Assembly: GCA_050250895.1 (NCBI GenBank)
Contig: JBFWNU010000001.1
Span: 1,870,884-1,934,883, forward strand
Reading direction: 5' to 3'
DNA: 64,000 nt
Source: Vulcanimicrobiota bacterium
GTDB lineage: Bacteria; Vulcanimicrobiota; Xenobia; Xenobiales; JADMJV01
Shown: piece by piece, positions 27,835-36,282 of the stretch
How positions within the stretch are numbered: position 1 is the first letter of the stretch
How the letters are laid out: each line of letters opens with the position of its first letter
Notes under the pieces: model-generated
What the model was told of the DNA's origin: nothing
Seen by the model: the letters and a program-made list of their open reading frames with translations, nothing else
Database searches by the model: none
Made by a program: the position numbers and the translations under genes

Positions 27835-28634
27835 AAGCCAGCTATCTTCGCTACTATCAGAAGCACTCGCCGCTAGCGGCGATGGTCTTTCTTTGGGACA
27901 GCCTCTTCCTCAAGTCCAAAGTGGCCCGCCTGTCGCTGGCCAATCGCCAGCAAGACTATGTGGCCCTGGCCGACCAACCCGACCTGCTCAAGCTGCACCA
28001 CGATCTGCACCAGATGGTGCTCGAGGCCAGTCAGCAGTGGGGCAGCTACGACTATGGCGAGGGCTATTTCTATCAGAGTAGCCCCGAGCTAGGCATTCGC
28101 GGCTTGCGGGACACCAGGGCCCGCCTCGAGGGGATGGAGCTCAAACGCTGGTTGGCCGGTAAGAGCGTGCTCGAGATCGGCTGCAATTCTGGTTTTCTGG
28201 GGCTGGCCGTGGCGGCCTTCGCGAGTCACCTTACCGGCTTTGACATCAACCCCCACCTGGTGGCCATGGCCAACCGGGCCGCTCAGTATCTAGGTCGGCA
28301 GAATGCCACCTTCACCGCATCTTCTTTCGAGGATTTCGACTGCTCACAAAGATTCGAGGCGGTGCTCTCGTTTGCCAACCATTCGACCTATGACCAGAAC
28401 ACCCGGCAATCGATCGAGCAATACCTCGACCGCTGTGTGGGGTTGCTCGAGCCTGAGGGACTCTTTCTCTTCGAGTCGCATCCTCCCGAGCTAGAGGGAG
28501 AGTCGCTGGCTCACGTGCTCGAGCTGATCGGTGAGCGCTTCGAAGTGCTCGAGACCCGCGTGCTCAAGGCCGGCTCGTTCATGGACAAAGAACGTACCTA
28601 TCTGGTCGGCCGCCGCAAGAGCGGCGAGTCATAG
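27831..28634 (+). CDS. Class I SAM-dependent methyltransferase
   Basis: VLEIGCNSG, GFDIN, LEPEGLFLFESH. Confidence 0.85.
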   Translation: MKASYLRYYQKHSPLAAMVFLWDSLFLKSKVARLSLANRQQDYVALADQPDLLKLHHDLHQMVLEASQQWGSYDYGEGYFYQSSPELGIRGLRDTRARLEGMELKRWLAGKSVLEIGCNSGFLGLAVAAFASHLTGFDINPHLVAMANRAAQYLGRQNATFTASSFEDFDCSQRFEAVLSFANHSTYDQNTRQSIEQYLDRCVGLLEPEGLFLFESHPPELEGESLAHVLELIGERFEVLETRVLKAGSFMDKERTYLVGRRKSGES

Positions 28635-29392
28635 AATCTGGCCAGCTCGCCCTTTTCGAGCAGAGCATGATAGATGTCGAGGTCCTGCCCCGAGTCGACC
28701 TCGAGCCAGCCGTTGTCGACCTGGGCGGCGGCCACCTGCCAGCCACGGTCGATGAGATGCTGGAGAAAGCTGGTCATGAACATGTTGTCGAAGTCGCGGC
28801 CGTCGTAGCGAGCCTGGCGGTCGAGGCTATCATAGGCCTGGCAAAAGGCCTCGAGGTGGTCGGCTCGGACCTTGATGAGGCCCATATACTGCCCCTCGAT
28901 CTCGTGATAGTCGCGGGGCTTTTTGCCCAGCTCGACGATGAAGCCGTTACGCAGCTTGAGGGTTTCGGCGTCGGCCAGGGGGTCGTCCATGCGAATCTGC
29001 CAGTAGTCGCGCCACCGACGGTCGATGCCCAGCACCAGCGGGGCATCGGTTCGCCGCACCGCTTCGAGGACCCGGGGCTCGTAGACGAGGTCGGCATAGG
29101 CGATGAGTACGTCCTGGTCGCCCGCTAGCTGGGTCCGGGCGCAAAAGAGGCTGGCTACCATGTTGGTGGTGGCGAAGTCGGGGTTGGGTAAAACCGGCAG
29201 CCCCCAGCGCTCAAGCTGGTCTTTGCGATAGCCTCCCACCAGATAGACTTCCGTGACGCCAATCTCGCCCAGGGCCCAGAGCTGGTATTCGAGCAGGGGA
29301 TGGCCGGCTAGCGGGACCAGGCACTTCGGTCGGTCGTCGGTCAGGGGCGCAAGTCGCGTTCCCTGGCCGGCGGCCAGGATGATAGCTTTCAT
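28598..29392 (-). CDS. Nucleotidyltransferase (phosphocholine/phosphoglutamine cytidylyltransferase-like)
   Basis: MKAIILAAGQGTRL..RPKCL, TNMVASL, DPLADAETL, GWLEVDS; start set at 29392. Confidence 0.88.
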   Translation of the reverse strand: MKAIILAAGQGTRLAPLTDDRPKCLVPLAGHPLLEYQLWALGEIGVTEVYLVGGYRKDQLERWGLPVLPNPDFATTNMVASLFCARTQLAGDQDVLIAYADLVYEPRVLEAVRRTDAPLVLGIDRRWRDYWQIRMDDPLADAETLKLRNGFIVELGKKPRDYHEIEGQYMGLIKVRADHLEAFCQAYDSLDRQARYDGRDFDNMFMTSFLQHLIDRGWQVAAAQVDNGWLEVDSGQDLDIYHALLEKGELARFYDSPLLRRPTR

Positions 29393-29985
29393 GGTTTGCT
29401 CCCTCGGAAGAACTGTTCGAGCCAGTCGCGATCGGGAAAGTTCGGCTCGCGCTCGGGGTGCCACATCACGGCCTGCAGTCGGTGGTGGGTGTGGCGCACG
29501 GCCTCGATGCTGCCGTCGGGGGCGCTGGCCACGGGTTGCAAACCCTCGCCCAGGCGCCCCAGGGCAAAGTTGTGAAAGCTGTTGACCGGACCGGTGAACA
29601 AGCCCTCGAGAGGGTGGCGGGTGGCGGTGTGGTCGGTGATGGCGGCCAGGCTGCCGCCAAAGAAGCAGTTGAGAAACTGCAGTCCGCGGCAGACTCCGAG
29701 CACGGGCAGGCCGCGCTCGAGGCAGGCCTGGGCCAGTTCGCCCTCGAGGGCGTCGCGCTCGGGGGCCGTGTTGGTGCCGCCGGGAAGGTCGGCCAGGTCG
29801 TTGCCGCCAGAAAGGATGAGCCCGTCGGCCAGGGCGGCGAAGTCGCCGGCTCGGGCGCGATTGGGGACGGGGATACACTGCATCGACAGCTGGGCGAGCA
29901 AGACCGTCCATTGTTGGTCGAGACAATCTCTCCGCTCGCCATAGCTGGCCACCACCTCGACTCGCTGGGTGACTACGATTCGCAT
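29389..29985 (-). CDS. Class I glutamine amidotransferase-fold C26 hydrolase (gamma-glutamyl-CDP-amidate hydrolase-like)
   Basis: TQRV..YGERRDCLDQQW, LSGGND, GVCRG, NSFH, MWHPER. Confidence 0.85.
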   Translation of the reverse strand: MRIVVTQRVEVVASYGERRDCLDQQWTVLLAQLSMQCIPVPNRARAGDFAALADGLILSGGNDLADLPGGTNTAPERDALEGELAQACLERGLPVLGVCRGLQFLNCFFGGSLAAITDHTATRHPLEGLFTGPVNSFHNFALGRLGEGLQPVASAPDGSIEAVRHTHHRLQAVMWHPEREPNFPDRDWLEQFFRGSKP

Positions 29986-30031
29986 GGACTCTCCTTGCTA
30001 CAAGGCAGCGCCAAGTCCCTGTGCCAACCCC

Positions 30032-30874
30032 TCACGGGAAGAGCTTTCTCAGGGCCCGGGCCCGCAGGCGGGGGTGCATGAAGTGGTAGGTGACGCCCTC
30101 GTCGGCCGTCTGAGGCTGGGCCGGCCAACTGATCGGGTCTTGCCCGAGCAGGCGGGTGACCAGAAATTCGGCCCGTAACAACGGATCGCAAAAGCAGAAG
30201 AGGGCCCGATAGAGGGTTTGATCGTCGGGACGCTCGCCGAGTCTGAAAGTCAGAGCCGGAAAGTCGCCCGCAGCGATCAGGTCACCCATGTCGATGCCGG
30301 GAGCCATGAAGAAGGCCGACATCCCGGGACATCCTCGCACCAGCACCGACCACAGCAGTCCGTCGCCGCCACGCACATGGGGTAGATGGCCCGGGTGAAC
30401 GTGAACCATGGTCAGACCCGGTCGCTCGAGCAAGGCTCGGGGCACGATGCCTCCGCCCGTGAACAAAACCAGGCCTTTTCCGTGCAGGCGCTCGCTCAGG
30501 GCGGGGTCTTTGAAGTCGTCGACCAACACTCGCTCGACCGGTGCGAAGGCCTCCCATTCGAAATCGGAATACATCTCCTGATAGAGCTGAGCTGCGCCGG
30601 GGCACGCCTCGGCCAACCCCTGCCCGATGGCCTCGGCCAGGTCGGGGCGTTCGCGCCGCAGCTTAAGGGGCCAGAATAGCTGGGTCTGGGTCCCGACCGC
30701 CTCGGCGTAGCTGCGCCGCCAGCTGCCTGGCAACCATCGCCCCACGGGCTTTCCGGCCGAATTACGGGCCGCCACCATGAGCAAGATGCGGGCAAAACCG
30801 AGGCCGGCCTGGCGGGCGCGCACCAGATAGGCGCGGGCCTGGGGACCTTCATTGACCAGCACGGTGATGGGCAC
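30032..30874 (-). CDS. Formyltransferase-like protein
   Basis: HVHPGHLPHVRGGD...GIDMGD matches the HPxxLPxxRG...DxG formyltransferase motif; start set at GTG 30874. Confidence 0.65.
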   Translation of the reverse strand: MPITVLVNEGPQARAYLVRARQAGLGFARILLMVAARNSAGKPVGRWLPGSWRRSYAEAVGTQTQLFWPLKLRRERPDLAEAIGQGLAEACPGAAQLYQEMYSDFEWEAFAPVERVLVDDFKDPALSERLHGKGLVLFTGGGIVPRALLERPGLTMVHVHPGHLPHVRGGDGLLWSVLVRGCPGMSAFFMAPGIDMGDLIAAGDFPALTFRLGERPDDQTLYRALFCFCDPLLRAEFLVTRLLGQDPISWPAQPQTADEGVTYHFMHPRLRARALRKLFP

Positions 30875-30882
30875 GCGTCGCT

Positions 30883-31290
30883 CTATGGCAGCAGTTGTTC
30901 GAGCCAGCTCGACAGCTCCTCTCGAGCCTCGGTCTCGCCCTCGAGTTCGAGCGATTGCAGCGCGCCGTTGAGAGCCTTCAGGCTCAGGCCGAGCTGGTCG
31001 ACCTGAGCCCGCGGAACGAGGCGGAAATGTCCCAGCCACAGGGCCAGCAGGGCGCGTTCTCGGGGGTCGAGGGGCTCCGGCCGGGGAGGGGGCGTCCAGT
31101 CTCGCAGGTAGAATCGCAACACCCGCTTTTTGACCGCAATCTGACGACACAAGGCGTCGATAGCCCCGCGCTGCTCGAGCGCCCCGCCCACACCACGGCA
31201 CAGCTGAGGCACCGACACCTGGTCGGGGGGAGCGGTCACCAACGAATCGCTCTCGAGGCGAGTCCGCAGTTGCTCATAACCCTCAAGCAT
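30883..31290 (-). CDS. Hypothetical protein
   Basis: 135-aa ORF leading the minus-strand operon. Confidence 0.55.
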   Translation of the reverse strand: MLEGYEQLRTRLESDSLVTAPPDQVSVPQLCRGVGGALEQRGAIDALCRQIAVKKRVLRFYLRDWTPPPRPEPLDPRERALLALWLGHFRLVPRAQVDQLGLSLKALNGALQSLELEGETEAREELSSWLEQLLP

Positions 31291-31391
31291 TCGGGGGGCT
31301 TCGCTTTGAGGGTTGAATCTCCCGCCGAGACGCGATTACTAAAGGGTTTTGGGCCCGCCGAACCGAAGTTTTTGCGACCTGGAGGTGTAGC

Positions 31392-31646
31392 TTGGCCTAC
31401 TTGACCGTGACGTTTTTGGTGCTCAACCTGCTGCTGAGTGCGTTGCCGGCTCATGCCTATCTCGACCCCGGGTCGTTGGGACCCCTACAGCAGTTCGGTT
31501 TGATGATCGTCTACGGCATCTCGTCGATTTTCGTGCTCTTCTTCCGGCCGTTCAAGCTGTTTTTCATGAAGCTGTTCGGTAAAAAGCCGGCCCCGCCGGT
31601 CGCCAAAGAAGAGTCAGAAGAAGCCGATTCCGAGCCGGAAGTCTGA
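31392..31646 (+). CDS. Small membrane protein with AYLDPG motif
   Basis: GGAGG RBS; signal-like segment AHA-YLDPGS, then TM helix and acidic tail. Confidence 0.7.
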   Translation: MAYLTVTFLVLNLLLSALPAHAYLDPGSLGPLQQFGLMIVYGISSIFVLFFRPFKLFFMKLFGKKPAPPVAKEESEEADSEPEV

Positions 31647-31650
31647 CCGG

Positions 31651-31671
31651 GAGTTTACAAACTTTTTACAA
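31651..31671 (+). promoter_or_regulatory. Putative operator GTTTACAAACTTTTTACAA
   Basis: Matches GTTAACACACTGTTAAC upstream of the paralog at 23689, at a similar distance from the start. Confidence 0.5.
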
Positions 31672-31746
31672 TTGGTGGTCCCGGACAACCTGTGTCCAAC
31701 CGCCCGACGCTATCCTCGTAGTAAGATTTTCGCGAGGAGAGTGACC

Positions 31747-32139
31747 GTGAATACCGCCAGTCGTCTGATCGAAGAGTTCGAAAGTGTAGTCCAAACCGTC
31801 CGCAGCTCCCCCCACGCAAATGCCGTGATGCCGGGCGTCATGGTCGTGCACAACAGTCCCCTCAACAGTTATCGCAACTCCGTAGCCGACGCCCGCATCA
31901 GCTATGCCGAGCGGGCCGCGTCGCCCAGGTTTCTCGACCGTGTCGACCGCTTGAACTTGCGCGAGACCAGCCGCAACACCGGAATGACCGTCACCCAGGA
32001 GTGGCGCTACGAGCGCAACGGCCAGTCCGAGAACTTCGTCTTCGTGCGCGAGATCGAAGAGACCCGCGTCCGCGAGACGGCCGTGCTTCGTCGCGATGCC
32101 GGCCGTCAAGAGTTCGACTTCAAGCGTTGCACCTGGTAG
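31747..32139 (+). CDS. Hypothetical protein (130 aa), paralog of 23288-23689
   Basis: GAGGAG RBS before GTG; full-length similarity to the paralog. Confidence 0.75.
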   Translation: MNTASRLIEEFESVVQTVRSSPHANAVMPGVMVVHNSPLNSYRNSVADARISYAERAASPRFLDRVDRLNLRETSRNTGMTVTQEWRYERNGQSENFVFVREIEETRVRETAVLRRDAGRQEFDFKRCTW

Positions 32140-34451
32140 GCACGCTGTTCTCTCTCGCTGGCCTTCAGGCGCCGGCTAAGCCAGCGGAAGGTCGCCAGGG
32201 CTACCTCGGGGTGGCTTTTCACCAGGGCTTCGAAGTCGCTTCTCGCCAGGGATAGCAACCGGCTTGGTTGCTGGGCTTCGAGAGGTTGGCCGTGGTGACC
32301 GTCGAGCAGGTCGACCAGTCCCACCACTTCGCCGGGGCCGCTGTGGTCGATCATGCCCGAAAGAATCAGATAGAGTTTGCCCGCTGGAACAGGCCTATCT
32401 GGGGTAAAGCCTTCTTCGAAGGTCAGTCTCTCGATCTCTTCGAGAACCTCCAGGCCGAGTTGGCCAAACAGTTCGAGGCGGCGCAGGGCCAGCAGCCGTT
32501 CGACTTCGAGTCGGGGGGGATGACTGGCGGCCCAGCGGAGAAAGCGATCAGAGGATTGGCGGCAAAGGCGTTCGATGGCCGCTGCCTCGGTGGGCACCTC
32601 CAGCCCCTCGACCTCTTTGAGCCTCTCTTCCAGAGGCGAATCCTCGAGCAGCAGCACCAGCAAGTCGCAGGCCCGGCGGTCTCCCAGGTTGGACAACACC
32701 TCGAGGGCGTCGGCCCGGCCCGACGACGAGGCCACTTTCAGGGCCATCGAGACGCGACCCACTACGACCTCGCCTTCGAGTAACTCGAGGATGCGAAAGG
32801 CCAGGCGCCGATTGCGTCGGGCTCGGTCCTCGAGGGCGCAGATGAGGAACTCGTGCTCGATATGGCGGCTCATGATTAGATCCGCCCAGGCTTCGCGCAC
32901 CAACCGCTGCAACTCGTTGACCACCAGAGCCCGGCCGGATACCGGTTCGGCCGCTACCACCGCCGCCAGGGCGGCGCTCACGGTCGACTCCTTCTCGGCG
33001 GTCAGATAGGCTTCCGCGGCCGCCAGGCCCTCGTCACCTCGACCGGCCAGGGCGGCCACCGCGGCCGCCCGCACCCTCGGAGAGGAGTCGTCGAGGGCTT
33101 CGGCCAGTCGCAAGCAGGCCAACGGGTCGGGGTCGTCAGCCAACTCTGTCAGACCCTCGTCGGGGCGAGGCCGGGCGGGTTGGTCGACCATCTCGAGCCC
33201 CGGCCCCAGCCCCTCGACCAGAGTGGCCAGATAGGCCTTGCGAACGCCCACGGCTCCTCCCAGATAGGCGGCGGCAAACAGGCCACCGGCGGGCACGATC
33301 CAGCGCGGGTCAAAGCTTTGCAAGGCCATCAACATCAGGCCGTCGGCAGCATGAGCCACCGAGCCCAGCACCCCCTGCACCACCCCGCGGAGGCGGCCTC
33401 GCAACCGCCTCGGAAAGGCATTGAAAATCAGGGTTCGAGTGGGGGAGGCCAGGGCGTCTTGTAAGGTGCGCCGGTGCATCCAGGCTAGCATGGCCACCCC
33501 CAGCGCGCTGTTGAAGCCGATGGCCACGAACACCACCAGGCTCAACAGGGGATGGATCAGGTTGGTCTGGGCGACCCCGAACCGGCGTAGCAACCAGGGC
33601 GTCAGGCGGGCCCCGATGACCAGCTCGAGCAGGTTGGTGACCGCCAGGAAGATGCCCAGAAAGGCGGCCAGGCGCTCGGTGCTGGGGAAATGCTCGACGA
33701 AGATGGCCGAGGTAAGGTATTGCAGCATCCCCATGGCGACGATCATTCCCATCACTGCCACCACCAGGGAGCGACCCAACAGCGAGCCCCGCAAATAGGT
33801 CAGGCCGCCTTTGAACGAGACCCACCCGCTGACGGCTTCGTGCTCAGGTTGGTGCGGATTCCAACGCAGCAGCCGGCTCCGTCCGGCCATGATCCAGGCG
33901 GCCGAGACGGCCAGCGTCACCAGCCATAGACCGAGCAGCGCCAGGGTACCCTGGTTGCTAACAGCAGCCGACAGCAAGCCTCCGCATAGCTCGCCCAGGG
34001 TGGCGCCGACCCCGAACAGCGGCACCATGCGCTTGATCGAGAAGGTATCGAAGAACTCCGAGACCAGGGTGTAGAAGTGGCTGTAAAACAGAGAAAAGCT
34101 AGCCCAATAGAGGCAGAAAAGGGCAGAGTAAGCCCAGCTGATCTGGCGCACGACCAGCCAGGCCAGCAGTCCCAACAATCCCATGCAGCTGACCAGCATC
34201 ATCACCAGTAGCTTCTCGTGCCGAAATCGCCCCACCGCACTGGAATAGACGGCCGAAACCACGGCCGTCACGGCCGAGGCGAGCAACAGGGTCGCCGGCA
34301 AGGCCTCGACCCCCAATTGCGCCAACAGCAACGCTTCGGCCACCGTCGATCCGACCGCAAGCCCCACCAGCAATAAGCCGATGAGCACGAAGAAATAAAC
34401 GAACCGCTGGCGTTCGCCCGCTCTTACCGTGGGAAAGAGCCAGGCCGTCAT
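32106..34451 (-). CDS. Npt/NTT-like MFS transporter fused to HEAT repeats and a cNMP-binding-like domain
   Basis: About 12 TMs, GVEALP, AYLATL; HEAT LDDSSPRVRAAAVAAL; LRRLELFGQL..GPGEVVG. Confidence 0.78.
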   Translation of the reverse strand: MTAWLFPTVRAGERQRFVYFFVLIGLLLVGLAVGSTVAEALLLAQLGVEALPATLLLASAVTAVVSAVYSSAVGRFRHEKLLVMMLVSCMGLLGLLAWLVVRQISWAYSALFCLYWASFSLFYSHFYTLVSEFFDTFSIKRMVPLFGVGATLGELCGGLLSAAVSNQGTLALLGLWLVTLAVSAAWIMAGRSRLLRWNPHQPEHEAVSGWVSFKGGLTYLRGSLLGRSLVVAVMGMIVAMGMLQYLTSAIFVEHFPSTERLAAFLGIFLAVTNLLELVIGARLTPWLLRRFGVAQTNLIHPLLSLVVFVAIGFNSALGVAMLAWMHRRTLQDALASPTRTLIFNAFPRRLRGRLRGVVQGVLGSVAHAADGLMLMALQSFDPRWIVPAGGLFAAAYLGGAVGVRKAYLATLVEGLGPGLEMVDQPARPRPDEGLTELADDPDPLACLRLAEALDDSSPRVRAAAVAALAGRGDEGLAAAEAYLTAEKESTVSAALAAVVAAEPVSGRALVVNELQRLVREAWADLIMSRHIEHEFLICALEDRARRNRRLAFRILELLEGEVVVGRVSMALKVASSSGRADALEVLSNLGDRRACDLLVLLLEDSPLEERLKEVEGLEVPTEAAAIERLCRQSSDRFLRWAASHPPRLEVERLLALRRLELFGQLGLEVLEEIERLTFEEGFTPDRPVPAGKLYLILSGMIDHSGPGEVVGLVDLLDGHHGQPLEAQQPSRLLSLARSDFEALVKSHPEVALATFRWLSRRLKASEREQRAYQVQRLKSNS

Positions 34452-36184
34452 GGCTCTTCCTCGAGCAGGGGAAGGCTGAGGGCGAAGCGATTACCCTGGT
34501 GGACGGGCGTATACTCCAACCGTCCCCGGTGGGCCTTGAGCACCACTGCCACGACCGCCAATCCCAGACCCGGGCCAGAGTTCGGCGCCGAGCCCTCTTT
34601 CGGATAATCCGGGTTGAGCAGGTGAGGCTGAAGGGTAGGGTCGATGGTGGTGCCGGCGCTGAGCAGGTCGATGATGGCTCGACCTCCGTCCACGGTCAGG
34701 CTGAGGGTCACCGTTTCATACGAGTAGCGCAGGGCATTGTCTAGCAGATTGTCCAGGGCCAGGCGCAGCCAGCGAGCATCGGCCTGAACGCGGGCGGGCG
34801 TGGTCAGGGTCAGGTCGAGGCGTTCCTGATCGGCCAGCGTTTTGACCAGGGGCTCTAGCTCGATCGACTTCAAGGTGGGGCCGGGCAACTTGCCGGTCAG
34901 CAGCAACAGATTGTCGCGAACGCGGGGGTGGTCCAGGTTTTCGGCCAGTTGTCCCGCCAGTCGCTCGAGGCTGGCCCGGGTGTTGTGCTGGCTGGTCACG
35001 TCGCGGGTCAGTAGAATGCTGCCGAGTTCGGAGTGCTGGCTGCGCAGGAAGGTGCGTGCCAGCTCGAAGCGGTGGCCCCGACGTTCCCACGAGGCACGCT
35101 GCACCAGACGGCCCGGTTGCTTCTGTCCCGCCAACAATTCGTCGGCCACCTGCGAGGGTAGCAGTTCGGCCAGCTTGCGCCCCTCCATCTGCGCAGTCGA
35201 GACACCCAGCGCGAAGGCGGCCGCCGGATTGCTCATGGTCACTCGACCGTCCTGGTCGAGCGCGACCAGTCCGTCGAGGTTGCCCCGAAAGACCGTCTGC
35301 ATCTGCAACTTGGTTTTTTCGAGTTGCTCGACCGGGTTGGCCATGCGACCCACCAGCGGCACCGACACGATCAGGGCGAGTACCAGCGCGGCCAGGCCCA
35401 GCAGGCCGAAGTTGCGAGCGGTGTGACGAAGCGAGGCCATCGCCTGGGAGCGGTCGCGGGCCACCACCAGTCGGACGGGCCCGGCCAGAGCTATCTGCAA
35501 GCCCTGAAAGTCTGCCTGGCCAACGCGAAAGTCAAAGGGCGAATGGCCCTTCTTCGGCCCGGAGCCCGGTCGTGGGGCACCGGGCAGGGTCGAGAGCATG
35601 ACCGCTTCGCCGGCCAGGATTACCTCGGTCTGGGTGTCCGAGGCCAGCCGGTCAACCCATTGCTGGTCGAGGGCTTGTCCCAGAGCCAGCCCGCCGCCCA
35701 CATAGTCGCTGCCGCTGGTGACGGGCACCGTGATCACCCGATAGAGCTGGCCGTCGAGCTCCCAGTAGCGGGCGGCGGTATAACCCTCCAGGCTGTAGCG
35801 GAAGCGCTCCCTGAGATCCTCGCCCAGCCGCTCGGGAGCGTCGCTGCGCAACTGCACCTCGCCCTGGGGACCGACCACTACCATCAACTCGACCCCAAGA
35901 CCCTCGCGCATGGCCAGCACCGAGTCGGCCAGCGTCGGCTGATCGCCCCAGCGAAAGACGTTGCGAAAGCCGGGGCTCTCTTCGAGCGAGCGAGCCAACA
36001 CCTCGAGGTGATCGAAGGCCCGCTCTTCCGAGGTGCGAAAGGTCGAGGCTGCCGTAGCCAGGCTGCGCTCGAAATCGCCCGAGATGCGCTGGCTGGCGTC
36101 GCCAAACAACAACAGCAAACAGCCGCTCAACACGACCACCAGCAGTCCCCCGATGAGGCCTAGCAGTTTGCGACGAAGGCCCAT
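34448..36184 (-). CDS. Sensor histidine-kinase-like protein (Cache-like, PAS, degenerate HATPase)
   Basis: 2 TMs, PAS DGLVALDQDGRVTMSNPAA, N box NLLDNALRY, GLGL; H box not recognisable. Confidence 0.72.
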   Translation of the reverse strand: MGLRRKLLGLIGGLLVVVLSGCLLLLFGDASQRISGDFERSLATAASTFRTSEERAFDHLEVLARSLEESPGFRNVFRWGDQPTLADSVLAMREGLGVELMVVVGPQGEVQLRSDAPERLGEDLRERFRYSLEGYTAARYWELDGQLYRVITVPVTSGSDYVGGGLALGQALDQQWVDRLASDTQTEVILAGEAVMLSTLPGAPRPGSGPKKGHSPFDFRVGQADFQGLQIALAGPVRLVVARDRSQAMASLRHTARNFGLLGLAALVLALIVSVPLVGRMANPVEQLEKTKLQMQTVFRGNLDGLVALDQDGRVTMSNPAAAFALGVSTAQMEGRKLAELLPSQVADELLAGQKQPGRLVQRASWERRGHRFELARTFLRSQHSELGSILLTRDVTSQHNTRASLERLAGQLAENLDHPRVRDNLLLLTGKLPGPTLKSIELEPLVKTLADQERLDLTLTTPARVQADARWLRLALDNLLDNALRYSYETVTLSLTVDGGRAIIDLLSAGTTIDPTLQPHLLNPDYPKEGSAPNSGPGLGLAVVAVVLKAHRGRLEYTPVHQGNRFALSLPLLEEEP

Positions 36185-36282
36185 GGGGTGGGATACGTGG
36201 TCAAACTTGCGGCGGCCTGCCCTCGCGCCCAGTTCATAAATTGCTAACCAAATCCCACCCGGTCTTGTGCCTACCATGCCGT

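Noticed and set aside
29393-29926. N-terminal extension making a 442-aa nucleotidyltransferase
   Set aside because: Alternative frame of the C26 hydrolase gene; the true start MKAIILAAG overlaps that gene's stop.
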